Position numbers and translations under genes: made by a program
From: Paragordius varius
Taxonomy: Eukaryota; Animalia; Nematomorpha
Direction: 5' to 3'
Assembly (NCBI GenBank): GCA_964247055.1
Contig: OZ176058.1
Coordinates: 1,302,001-1,366,000 of the forward strand
Length of the DNA: 64,000 nucleotides
Shown: positions 1-11,251 of the stretch, one piece after another
Numbering within the stretch: position 1 is the stretch's first letter
How the letters are laid out: each line of letters starts with the position of its first letter
The notes under the pieces: model-generated
The model's input: the letters and a program-made list of their open reading frames with translations, nothing else
What the model was told of the DNA's origin: nothing
Databases searched by the model: none

Positions 1-2481
1 AGCGATTTTAGAGTTACCATCAACAAGTGGCTCACTGAGGACTCTCATATCATTCCAACGTTTGATGATTTAGTGAGTAAGATTGGCGAAGGCCAAGTTT
101 TCACTAAGATTGACTTGAAAGATGCCTATCTACAAATGCCCATAACCAAAGAATCACAAGATCTCTTGACAATTGCGACTCACAAAGGATTTTTTCGCTA
201 CAAAAGGATGCCTTTCGGACTGTCAACAGAACCAATAATTTTCCAACGAGTCATGGACCAGGTTATAAAAGATTGTCCCGGCACTTGTGCATATTTAGAT
301 GATGTTTTAGTAACTGGCAAATCTGAAGAGGAACATTTAATAAATCTTAATAATGTTTTAAATCGGTTAGAATTAGCAGGTTTTAGATTAAGAAAAGATA
401 AAATAAAAATTGGTGAACCTTCAGTAAGTTATCTGGGATTTGAAATAAGTAATAAAGGTATAAGTCCTTGCAAGAATAAAGTAAAAGCAATCAATGATTT
501 TAAAAAACCTGTGGATAAAAAATCTTTAAGAAGTTTTCTAGGATTTTTGACGTTTCATGAAAGATTTATACCCAAGCTTCAATTGATTGTAAGTGACTTA
601 CATAGTTTAACAAGTAAGAACGTTAGATGGAACTGGTCGGAAAAACATGAGAATTGTTGGAAAGCCGCTAAGGAATTATTAAGTGAACAAGTATTTTTAA
701 CACCATACAATCCGGATAGAAAGTTAGTAATTGAAACCGATGCCTCAGATATAGGGTTTGGATGTATTCTAAGTCATGTTGTAAATGGTGAAAGGAAACC
801 CATTGCCTATGGTTCAAGAAAATGTAGTACCGCAGAATCGAACTACTCCACGATAGAAAAGGAATTAAAGGCTATTGTTTTTGCATTAGAAAAGTTCCAC
901 AACTTCATTTATGGTAGAAAGTTTGAAATTTTGACAGACCACTTACCACTTGTGAGGTTAATAAATAGGGATAGAAATTTGAAAGAAATACAAAATGCGA
1001 AAATTTTAAGATGGGTGAACCGTTTGAATGATTATGACTTTGAACTTAGTTATCAGGCGGGTCCCAAAAATAGAGCTGATTACTTATCAAGATGTCCCAG
1101 TGATGATAATGTCGACACAATCGATAGAGATTACATGGTAACTAGATATCTTAGGTTTCTTAATTGTCATAACGTTCAGTTAAGTCGCGATGAAATTCGG
1201 AGAGAAACGGTTAAAGATAAAATTTTGCAGAAAGTAATTAAGGCGATTCATAACCAAGATTGGAGTGATGTTGAGTTGGCTGGGTTTACGAATCGGAAGG
1301 GAGAGATTTCGTACCAATACGGATTGGTCAGTTTAAACGATCGAATTATCATTCCAGAAAGCTTACAGTCAAACGTGGTCAACTACTTACACAGCGGGCA
1401 CAATAACGTAGAAACAATGAAAGCAATGGCAAGGTTCACTTGTTTTTGGCCGAAATTAGAGAACGATTTGGTAAGAAGATACAGTGAGTGTAGTGCATGT
1501 CAGATAAACAAGCCAAGCCTAGTTGAAAATCCGACTTATCATTGGGATCCAAATGCTGCGATATGGGAACGGTTACACATCGATATAGCGGGACCAGTTG
1601 ACGGGTATTATTGGTTGTTACTGATTGATAGCTCATCCAAATGGGCGGAAGGGTTCATGTTAAAAAAGGTTAATTCGGTAAACATATTGCATAAACTCGA
1701 GGAAACCTTTGCCAGGTTTGGGTTTCCGAGGACGGTTATTAGTGATAATGCTTCTTATTTTAGTAATTCGTACTTCACATCCACTCTAACAAACTTGGGT
1801 ATTAAACACGTGAGGGTAACCCCCTATCATCCTAAAAGTAATGGGATGGTAGAAAGGTTAGTGGGGACCCTCAAGGGCAAGTATAGAAAAATCAAAAATG
1901 ATAATATTTCACCACAAGAAGCCTTCAATACCACTCTATGGTCATATCGTAATTCAATACATGCGACTACAAAAGAAACCCCGTTTCAACTACTCTTCAA
2001 ACGAGTATCTCAAACACCCCTCACCTGGATCAACACAAAAGCAACAATCTTAGACGCACCCCGTCCACGCCGTGAATTCTCAATAAACCAACCCGTAATG
2101 ATGAGAAACGAACAAAATGTTGGATGGCGAGCCGGCGATGTTGTTGATAGAACGGGTCTCCTTTCGTACAGTGTGTGGGATCAGGTAAACCAGAAGATTG
2201 TCAGAAAGCATGCAGATCAGTTGAAACACGTAGACCTACCGGCCAACTCAACCGCACCAAACAATAGTAATGATAGTAATATAGACAATAACAATAATAA
2301 TAATGATAGTAGTATTGATAATAATAACAATAGTAATAACAATAATAATGATAAAATAAATGATAATAATAATGATAGTAGCAATGATAACATTAATAAT
2401 AATAATGACAATATCAATGCAAATCCGCACGAGCGACGTTACCCCGAGAGAATTCGGCGACCGCCGGTCCGGTTTTCTTAA
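1..2481 (+). CDS. pol: Ty3/gypsy pol polyprotein, 5'-truncated by the window edge (RT, RNase H, integrase)
   Basis: Frame +1 is open from base 1 (SDFRVTINKWL...) to TAA at 2479-2481. RT motifs KIDLKDAY, MPFGL and YLDD; RNase H ETDASD; integrase HHCC (HSGH...CSAC) and core HIDIAGP...SDNA...NGMVER; RT-RH-IN order is gypsy-type. Confidence 0.97.
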   Translation, partial: SDFRVTINKWLTEDSHIIPTFDDLVSKIGEGQVFTKIDLKDAYLQMPITKESQDLLTIATHKGFFRYKRMPFGLSTEPIIFQRVMDQVIKDCPGTCAYLDDVLVTGKSEEEHLINLNNVLNRLELAGFRLRKDKIKIGEPSVSYLGFEISNKGISPCKNKVKAINDFKKPVDKKSLRSFLGFLTFHERFIPKLQLIVSDLHSLTSKNVRWNWSEKHENCWKAAKELLSEQVFLTPYNPDRKLVIETDASDIGFGCILSHVVNGERKPIAYGSRKCSTAESNYSTIEKELKAIVFALEKFHNFIYGRKFEILTDHLPLVRLINRDRNLKEIQNAKILRWVNRLNDYDFELSYQAGPKNRADYLSRCPSDDNVDTIDRDYMVTRYLRFLNCHNVQLSRDEIRRETVKDKILQKVIKAIHNQDWSDVELAGFTNRKGEISYQYGLVSLNDRIIIPESLQSNVVNYLHSGHNNVETMKAMARFTCFWPKLENDLVRRYSECSACQINKPSLVENPTYHWDPNAAIWERLHIDIAGPVDGYYWLLLIDSSSKWAEGFMLKKVNSVNILHKLEETFARFGFPRTVISDNASYFSNSYFTSTLTNLGIKHVRVTPYHPKSNGMVERLVGTLKGKYRKIKNDNISPQEAFNTTLWSYRNSIHATTKETPFQLLFKRVSQTPLTWINTKATILDAPRPRREFSINQPVMMRNEQNVGWRAGDVVDRTGLLSYSVWDQVNQKIVRKHADQLKHVDLPANSTAPNNSNDSNIDNNNNNNDSSIDNNNNSNNNNNDKINDNNNDSSNDNINNNNDNINANPHERRYPERIRRPPVRFS

Positions 2482-2753
2482 GGGGGAAGTGATGTTAGGC
2501 AAATTTGAAAGATATACTTTATTTTTATAATATTTTTCTGTGTTATATGCAAATGTGATATACATACTTTGGTTATATATTATAACTTTAACCCCTTATT
2601 TGAATTGTATTATTTTTGATATTTTTTGTGTTATATGTAAATATACAACCTTTGTTACTTGGAATTTTATTGATATAATGCAAATCATGGACAGTTAAAA
2701 TTGCTATATATACACCTTAAAAAAACCAAATAAATAGTTCAGTTCATTTCACA
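2480..2753 (+). mobile_element. Polypurine tract and probable 3' LTR of the gypsy element
   Basis: AAGGGGGAAG (2480-2489) overlaps the pol stop and is followed by TG at 2490. AATAAA lies at 2729-2734 and a ...TTCACA end at 2753. The right end is approximate because the 5' LTR is outside the window. Confidence 0.75.
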
Positions 2754-2875
2754 TTGCTTTTATTATCTCTTATCTTAAAAGATAAAAAATATGAAGAATA
2801 TAAATTTTACGTATTGAATTATAACTTTTTCCAAAGATATAATAAATATTAATTTTGAATTATAAGTAAATCTAA

Positions 2876-2949
<74 letters not shown>

Positions 2950-3085
2950 AAATTAACTTTTATCATAGGATTTCAATATAATATAAATTTTACGTAATTA
3001 TTATATATATATATATATAATTGAATTATAACTTTTATTTTTAAACGTATAATAAATATTAATTTTGAATTATAAGTAAATCTAA

Positions 3086-3143
<58 letters not shown>

Positions 3144-3190
3144 AAATTAATTTATCATAGGATTTCAATATAATATAAATTTGACGTAAT

Positions 3191-3224
<34 letters not shown>

Positions 3225-3577
3225 GAATTATAACTTTTATTTTTAAAAGTATAATAAATATTAATTTTGAATAATTATAGAATCTCAATATATATATATA
3301 TATATATATAATTATAACTTTTTATTCCAAAAATTATAAAAAATTTATAAAAAAATTTAAAAAAAAAATTTTCATTTCAAAAAAGTCATTTTGTAGAGCC
3401 ACAAAAATCTTAACATAAAATAATTTGACCAAAATTTAGAAATCAATTTTTTTTTGAAAAAATTAAATATAAAGATTACGTAATTTATATATATATATAT
3501 TATAACTTTTCATTAATATATATATAATATTATTAAATTCTTATAATTTTAAAATTTATAAATTTTTATAAAAAATT

Positions 3578-3686
3578 TTATTTCAAAAAAGTCATGAGGT
3601 ATCCAGGATTCTCAAGCAAATCCTTCCAGAACCGCAAAAATCTAGCAGCTGTTGCGCCATCTATAATTCTGTGATCAGCACTTAAA
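3578..3686 (-). pseudogene. Partial copy of the 3' half of DBT terminal exon B (LSADHR...TFLK*)
   Basis: 109 nt match 4166-4274 with 4 mismatches; there is no in-phase acceptor at its start. Confidence 0.9.
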
Positions 3687-4165
3687 TATAAATTCTTTAA
3701 ATATTGTATTAAATTCATTTTATATAATTTGTTTATATATAAATATATATATATATCAAAGATATAATAAATCAAATTTATTTTATAATCACAGTATCTC
3801 AATAATAAATATAATTTTTTATTCCAAAAAATATAATAAATATGGATAATTTCAAATTTATTTTATAATCATACTATCTCAATATGAATATATGTATATA
3901 TATTATATTATATATAAATTTCACGTAATTTAAAATATATATATATATATATATATATGCATATATATATAACTTTTTGCAAAGATATAATAAATATTAA
4001 TTTTGAATTATAATTATAGAATGATTTAGAAATATATAAATAACACATATATATAAATTTCACGTAATTTATTAAATATATATATATATATATATATATT
4101 TATAACTTTTTATTTATAAAATAACTTTTTTTCCAAAATAATAAATTTTTTTCAAAATTTATAAT

Positions 4166-4357
4166 TTATTTCAAAAAAGTCATAAGATATCCAGGGTTCT
4201 CAAGCAAATCCTTCCAGAACCGCAAAAATCTAGCAGCTGTTGCGCCATCTATAATTCTGTGATCAGCGCTTAAACTAACATACAACAGCGAGTGGCGAGA
4301 ATGTGAATTTAATCCACTGCAGATCACCTGATTTGCATTTTCATTTTTTTCAATGGT
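4166..4357 (-). CDS. DBT: DBT terminal exon, duplicate copy B ([11 protein letters not shown]...[15 protein letters not shown]...TFLK*)
   Basis: TAG acceptor at 4358-4359, 64 codons including TAA, catalytic DHR motif intact; paralogous to 18118-18303. Expression not demonstrated. Confidence 0.8.
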   Translation of the reverse strand, partial: TIEKNENANQVICSGLNSHSRHSLLYVSLSADHRIIDGATAARFLRFWKDLLENPGYLMTFLK

Positions 4358-4368
4358 CTAAAATATTT

Positions 4369-4409
<41 letters not shown>

Positions 4410-4493
4410 TTTGAAAAACTTTGAAAATAAAATTCTAAATGGTAATTTTTAAAAAATAGCTGTTTTTGATTATCATTTTTTTCAATGGTCTAA

Positions 4494-4539
<46 letters not shown>

Positions 4540-5122
4540 TTAAAAAAAGCAATATTAATAAACGAAGAATACAGTAAAATTATATAATTAAACTTTGAAA
4601 ATAATCATCAATTATAATTGAAAAACTAGTAAAATATTATTTTAATTATATATATATATATATATATAAATAAATATATATATATATATATATATAATAT
4701 TTTCAAAAAAAGTATTATTAATAAAATAAGAATTCGTGATTTTGATTATCATTTTTTTCAAAGGTCTATTATATAATTAAAATTATATATAAAAATAGAT
4801 AAAATTTGTCAAAAAAAGGTATATTAATAAAATAAGAATTCGCTAAAATAAAAAAATCTAAAAAACTTTTAATAAAATGAAGATTAATTTAAATAGCTTT
4901 GATTTTCATTTTTTTCAATAGATAAATCATCCAAAATTATAAATTTATAATTTAAAAAATAATCATAATTTATTAAAGATTAGTAACATAAAATATATAT
5001 ATAGATATTTAAAAAAAACTTGTAAATAAGTATCTACAATTGGAAAACTAGTAAAATGGCAATTTATTAAATTAAATAGCTGATTTTGATTTTCATTTTT
5101 TTCAATGGTCTATAAAACATTT

Positions 5123-5169
<47 letters not shown>

Positions 5170-5376
5170 TTTGAATGTTCTAAATCATCTAAAATGATAA
5201 ATATTATTATATATATATATATATAAATATTTGAATGTTCTAAATCATCTAAAATGATAAATATTATTATATGTATATATATATCTTTTAAAAAAGTGTT
5301 TAAAAATCGAAAAACTAGTAAAGAGGTAATTTATTTAAATAGATGATTTTGATTTCCATTTTTTTCAATGTTCTAA

Positions 5377-5412
<36 letters not shown>

Positions 5413-5560
5413 TTTTAAAAAAGTATTATTAATATAAAAAGATGAATTTATTATATAAAATATATTAAAAAAATCTTAAAAATTAGTATCAAGTAATGAT
5501 TGAAAAACTAGTAAAATGGTATTTTAATTATCTTACAAAACTTAAAAACGAGTTTTTAAA
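4358..5560 (-). repeat. Acceptor-side echoes of DBT terminal exon B
   Basis: Repeated ...gattttcattttttcaatggtcta units (e.g. about 4450, 4740, 4895, 5080, 5345) equal the exon's first 30-40 nt plus its AG. Confidence 0.85.
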
Positions 5561-5599
5561 AAAATCTTCACTGATCATGAAACATGAAATTTAAAATAA

Positions 5600-7613
5600 A
5601 TAAAAAATTAAATTTCCAATATTTTTTAAAACTTGTAAAATATTGAAATATTTTATAAATAAAAATTCCAAAATAAATTTAAAAATAAATTCCAAAAATA
5701 AATTACCAATATTTTATATAATAAAAATTCCAAAAATAAAAACAAATTTCAAAAATAAATTACTAATAATATATTAAATAATAATAAATCTTGATAAAAT
5801 AAAAATTCCAAAAATTAAAAATTTACATCTTAAAATAAATTTTCCAAAAATAAATTACCAATATTTACAAAAACTTGTAAAATATTAAAATATTGATATT
5901 TTTAATTAAATAAAAAATAATTAAATTTATAAAATAAAAATTTTATTAAATAAAAATTCAGAAAATAATAAAATAAATTTTAAAAATAAATTACCAATAT
6001 TTTTTACAAAAACTTGTTAAATATTAAAATATTTTATTAAATAAAAAACTTTTTTAATCGCTATAAAACGAAAATTTTGAAAATTTTAATAAAAATAATA
6101 ATTAAAATAAAAACACCAAAAACTTGTAAAATATTAAAATATCTTATTAAAATATTTATATAAAATATTTTTTAAAAAACTTGTAAAATATTAAAATATA
6201 TTATAAAATAAAATTTCAAAAAATTATATTTAATATATATAAAATAAAACTCCAAAAATTAAAAATATTTTACAAAATAAAAATTTAAATTTCCAAAAAT
6301 TTAAATCAAAAATAAATTTCAAAAATAAAAATAAACTACCAATATTTTTCCAAAAACTTGTAAAATATTAAAAATATAAAATTGACATATCTTATAAATT
6401 TATAATAAAATTATAAAATATTTTATAAAATAAATTTAAATTAGATTTACAAAAACTTGTAAAATATTAAAAACTTAACAGTTTTAAAATATCTTATTAA
6501 ATATAAAATATATTAAAACATTTATAATTAAAAAATCTAAAATAAAATAAATTCCAAAAATAAATTACCAATATTTTTTACAAAAACTTGTAAAATATCA
6601 AAACATTTTATTAAATAAAAAATTAGTTAAAATATATTATAAAATAAATTCCAAAAATAAGTTAAAATTTTAATAAAAATAATAAGATTATCTGACAAAA
6701 ACTTGTAAAATAATTTACGATAAAAAATTATATTAAAAGATCTTATTAAATAAAAATAATATTAAAATATTTTATAAAATAAAAATTTAAAATAAAATAA
6801 TAAATTACCAATATTAATAGCTAACAAAACTTAAATTAAACTAGTTTAATTAGATACAAACTTTTTTTATTGCTATAAAACAAATATAAATATAAATTTT
6901 TAAAATATTTTATAAAATAAAAATTCCAAAAATTAAAAAAAACCAAAAAAATTATTTAAATATATTAAAATATTTTATAAAATAAAAATTCCGAAAATTT
7001 AAAATAAATTAAATTTTCCAAAAATAAATTACCATTATTTTTTACAAAAACTTGTAAAAACAATAAAATATATTATTAAAATATTTTATAAAATAAAATT
7101 TTAAATTAAAAATAAATTACCAATATTTTTCCAAAAATTTAAACAAAAAATTTTAATAAAAATAAAAATTGACATATCTTGTAAATATATGATAAAATAT
7201 TTCATAAAATAATCAAATTGACATCTTAAAAATTTTAGATAAAAAATTATATATAAATATATTAAAATAATTTATACAATTAAAATTCCATAATTTCCAA
7301 ATATAAATTACCAATATTTTTCCAATAGCTAAAAAAACTTAAATTTAAACATTTCTAAAAAACTTTTTTATTGCTATGAAACAAAAATTTTGAAAATTTA
7401 AAAATAATAATTTATTAAATAAAAATTCCAAAAATTAAAAAAAACCAAAAAAATTATTTAAATGTATTAAAATATTTTTTAAAATAAAAATTTCAAAAAT
7501 TTAAAATAAAAACAATATACTCTTAAAAATATAAGATAAAATATTTTATAAAATAAAAATTTAAAATATTTTATAAATTAAAAATTTAAATTAAATAAAT
7601 TTCCAAAAATTAC
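5600..7613 (-). repeat. Donor-side echoes of DBT 72-nt exon B
   Basis: About 10 copies of aataaattaccaatattttt(ccaatagcta), i.e. exon end GGAAAAATATTG plus GTAATTT donor (e.g. 5701, 5851, 5990, 6335, 6562, 6803, 7095, 7246). Confidence 0.85.
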
Positions 7614-7685
7614 CAATATTTTTCCAATAGCTATGATAGCTACCTCAGGCCATAATATTAATGGTTTCGCATGAATTCCTCCAAT
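7614..7685 (-). CDS. DBT: DBT penultimate exon, duplicate copy B ([24 protein letters not shown])
   Basis: AG/GT intact, 72 nt, phase 0-0; differs from 21240-21311 at 2 synonymous sites. Confidence 0.8.
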
Positions 7686-7739
7686 CTAAAACGCAAAAAA
7701 AAAAATTAAAAATAAATTTTTAAGAATAAAAATATTTAA

Positions 7740-9420
7740 ATTATACGGACAAAACGTAAAATATAAAGACAAATCGATTTTTTCTAAATAAAATAATATG
7801 AATATAAGTAATTTGCTTTCAAAATTGAAATAGAGTTACATATATTAGTAAAACAATCAATTCTATATAATTGTAACTAAAAAGTGTAAGAAAATATAAG
7901 TTAAAAAAAGTATGGTTAGGTTGTCTTTTAGGAAGAATAAAACTTTAAAAATATAAAAACAAAACGTAAAAATATAAAGACAAATCTATTTTTCTAAAAT
8001 CTTGATTTATTTCAATATAACTCTTTAAATGACAAGTGTGAAATATATATATATATTACTAACAATATCAATTTTAGAATTGTAATTAAACCTATAAAGA
8101 CAAATATTTTTTCTAAAACCAACCCCATACTTTTTAAATCATTTATTTCAATATAACTACTCATTGTCTGTAAATTTTCTAACAATTCTATTTACATAAA
8201 AAAGTTGAAATTATACGGACAAAACGTAAAAATATAAAGACAAATCTATTTTTTTTAAAACCAATCATATACTTTTTAAAACCTTATTTTTTCTCATATA
8301 AGCTATTTAGTTACAATTATAAAATATAGAATTGATTGTATTAGATATATATATATATATATATCTATTTACTTTGTTGTTTACAAAACAATCAAAGTGT
8401 TATATTTGAAAAAAAAATCAAGATTTAGTAAAAGTATGGTTGTTTTTTAGTAAAAAAAATATTTGTCTTTATATTTTTACGTTTTATCCTCACATATAAT
8501 TTAAGTTTTTACTGTTAAAATATAAAGACAATTGTATATTTTTTCAAAAAGACAACCATACTTTTTTGAATCTTGATATTTGTAATTTAAATATAATTCA
8601 TTGTTTTATATGGCAAAGTGTGAAATATATATATATATATATATATATTAAACAAAAATAATCAATTCTATATAAAATTGTAAAATTATTTATATAGCAT
8701 AAATTAAGGTTTTGAAAAATATGGTTGTCTTTTAAGAAAAACAAATATTTGTCTTTATAATTTTACGTTTTGTCCATAGTATAATTTCAAAAAAAATCAT
8801 TGTTTTATATGGACAAAGTGTGAAATAGATATATATATGTATATATATATTACTAATACAATCAATTCTATATTTTACAATTGTAACTAAATAGATCTTA
8901 TGAGAAAAATCAAGATTTAGTAAAAGTATGGTTGTTTTTTAGTAAAAAAAGTATTTGTCTTTATATTTTTACGTTTTGTCCTTAAGTAAAATTTTAATTT
9001 TTGTCTATTTACCTATATGGACAAAACGTAAAAATATAAAAACAACTAGTTTTTTCTAAATAAAATCTTGATTTTTTTTTCAATATAACTCATTGTTTTA
9101 AATGGCAAAGTTTGAAATAGATATATATATATATATATATATTACTAACACAATCAATTCTATATTTTACAATTGTAATTATATAGCTTATGAGAAATAT
9201 TGAATGGTTTAAAAAATATGGGGAATATTTGTCTTTATATTGATTTGTCCATAGTATATCAATATAACTCATTTTTTTAATTATGGACAAAACATAAATA
9301 TAAAGACAAATCTATTTTTTCTAAAAGACAAATAACTACCCAACCCTATTTTTTATATTTTGATTTTTTTAATTATATATATATATTATATATAATTCAT
9401 TGTTTTAAACTGTAAAGTAT
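7740..9420. mobile_element. Cluster of tandem and inverted fragments of MITE family A
   Basis: Repeated tatacggacaaaacgtaaaaatataaagacaaat and its reverse complement; homologous to 21360-24090. Confidence 0.75.
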
Positions 9421-9585
9421 AAAATAAGGTGTAAATTGTCAACACACTAAAATCTTATTTTAAATTTTATATATTTTTTTCCAATATAGTTTAAAAAATT
9501 AGTATTTTTATCCATTTTTAATTAATATTTATTAATTAAATAATTTACAAAACATTAAAAAAAATATTTTATTTAAAAATTAAAT

Positions 9586-9622
<37 letters not shown>

Positions 9623-9625
9623 TAC

Positions 9626-9829
9626 CGAACCAATGTTTGAAACAGTGAATGTCCCACCCGTTAAATCCGCCATCTTTGGCTTCCCAATCAGCCGGCTGTC
9701 ACGTGTTAGCCGTGCCAAGTCACGTGAAATTTGACCAATAGAAAGACGCTCAACTCCTTTAATATTTGGTACCACGAGGCCTAATTCCACATTTTGAGTC
9801 TCTATAGCCACGCCTATATTATGTTCTGA
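9626..9829 (-). CDS. DBT: DBT exon 9, duplicate copy B ([13 protein letters not shown]...[11 protein letters not shown])
   Basis: AG/GT intact, 204 nt, phase 0-0, conserved [10 protein letters not shown] motif; 17 nt differences from 24755-24958. Confidence 0.8.
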
Positions 9830-11251
9830 CTAAAAATTAATTAATAAAATAAAATTAAAAAAAAATATTTTTTTTAAATTAATATTTATAAATTAATTTA
9901 TTATTATTTTGTTATTTATTTTATTGTTTTTTTTTTCAAAAAAAAGTTTTAGTGAGTAAAAAAATAATTTATGCATTTATAAGAATTAAAATATCTTATT
10001 ATATATATATATATATATAGATACTAAAAAATAATTTATAAAATAAAATTAAATTTAAAAAAACATTTTTTTTAAATTAATTAATATAAATTAAAATAAA
10101 ACTTTTTTTTTAATAAATATAATAAAAAAAAAATATAAAAAAATTTATTTTATTATTATTTTATTGTTTTTTTTTTCAGAAAAAAATTATAGGTTTAAAA
10201 TTTATATAGAGACTAAACAATTTTATGCATGTTATTATAAGAAATAAAATATATCATTATTTATATATATACTAAAAAAAATATTTTTTAAATTAATTAA
10301 TATATAAATTTAAATAAAATTTTTTAAAATAAATTAATTTTTTAAAATAAAACTATTTAAAAATTAATTAATAATTTTATTGTTTTTTTTATCAAAATCT
10401 TTATATTGTTTTTTATTCAAAAAAAAATCAGGTTTTTGTATTAAGCAGTATTGAGTATTAAAATAGATAATTTTTTACATTTTTTATAAGAATTAAAATA
10501 TATCATTATATATAGATATATATACTAATTAAAAATTAATTTAAAAAATATATTATTTTAATTAATATATAAATTAAAATTGAAAAAAAAATTATTTGAA
10601 TAATTTTTTATCAAAATATTTATATTGTTAAATCTTTCAAAAAAAGTTTATAGGTTTTTGTATTATGCAGTAGTGAGTGTTAAAAATAATTTATATATTT
10701 TTTTATAAGATAAATTTATCATTTTAGAAATATATTATATATATATTAAAGCTAAAATTAAAATATTTTTTAATAAAAAATGATTACTTTTTGCTTAAAT
10801 TATTTTTTATTAATAATATTAATATCTACGGAAAAAATTAATAAAATATGTATTCAATTAAATTATACGTTATTTATGAAATAAAACTTTTTTGATATAT
10901 TTAAATATTTTTCATAATACATTGGAAATAAGATAACGTTAATTTTTTAAATATATATAATTAAAAAATTAATAATATATAATACTCATAAAAAAATTAG
11001 ATTTTTTTAAATTAATTAAATATATTTACATATATATAAAAATAAATAAATTAAAATTATAAAATATATATATATATATAAAAAATTAGATTTTTTAAAA
11101 ACCACATTTTTTATAAAAAATTAAATTAAAAATTCTTTCAAGAAAATTATAACCATTACGAAAATTAGTTAAATACCATATATTTAATATATATATATAT
11201 ATATATATTATTGGTGGAGTGAATAAAAAATTTATTTTTTTTTGCTAATAG

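Larger units (their letters stand above)
2760..11200 (-). repeat. Segmental duplicate (copy B) of the DBT 3' region; copy A is about 14340-26860
   Basis: Three exons and the intervening and downstream repeat modules recur in the same order and orientation; homology ends near 11200 at an echo of the exon 8 donor (aaataccatat). Confidence 0.9.

Noticed and set aside
2217-2565. Minus-strand Leu/Ile-rich ORFs (also 1436-1636)
   Set aside because: Antisense shadows of the pol frame and its (AAT)n tract.
2775-2966. YIYIYI-type ORFs here and at 9090, 16982, 19336 and 41536
   Set aside because: Translations of (TA)n microsatellites, MITEs and AT-rich repeats with no recognisable domain.
3578-3802. 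74-aa ORF as a stand-alone mini-DBT gene
   Set aside because: The N-terminal half is intronic repeat sequence that is open by chance; only the last 36 codons are DBT-derived.
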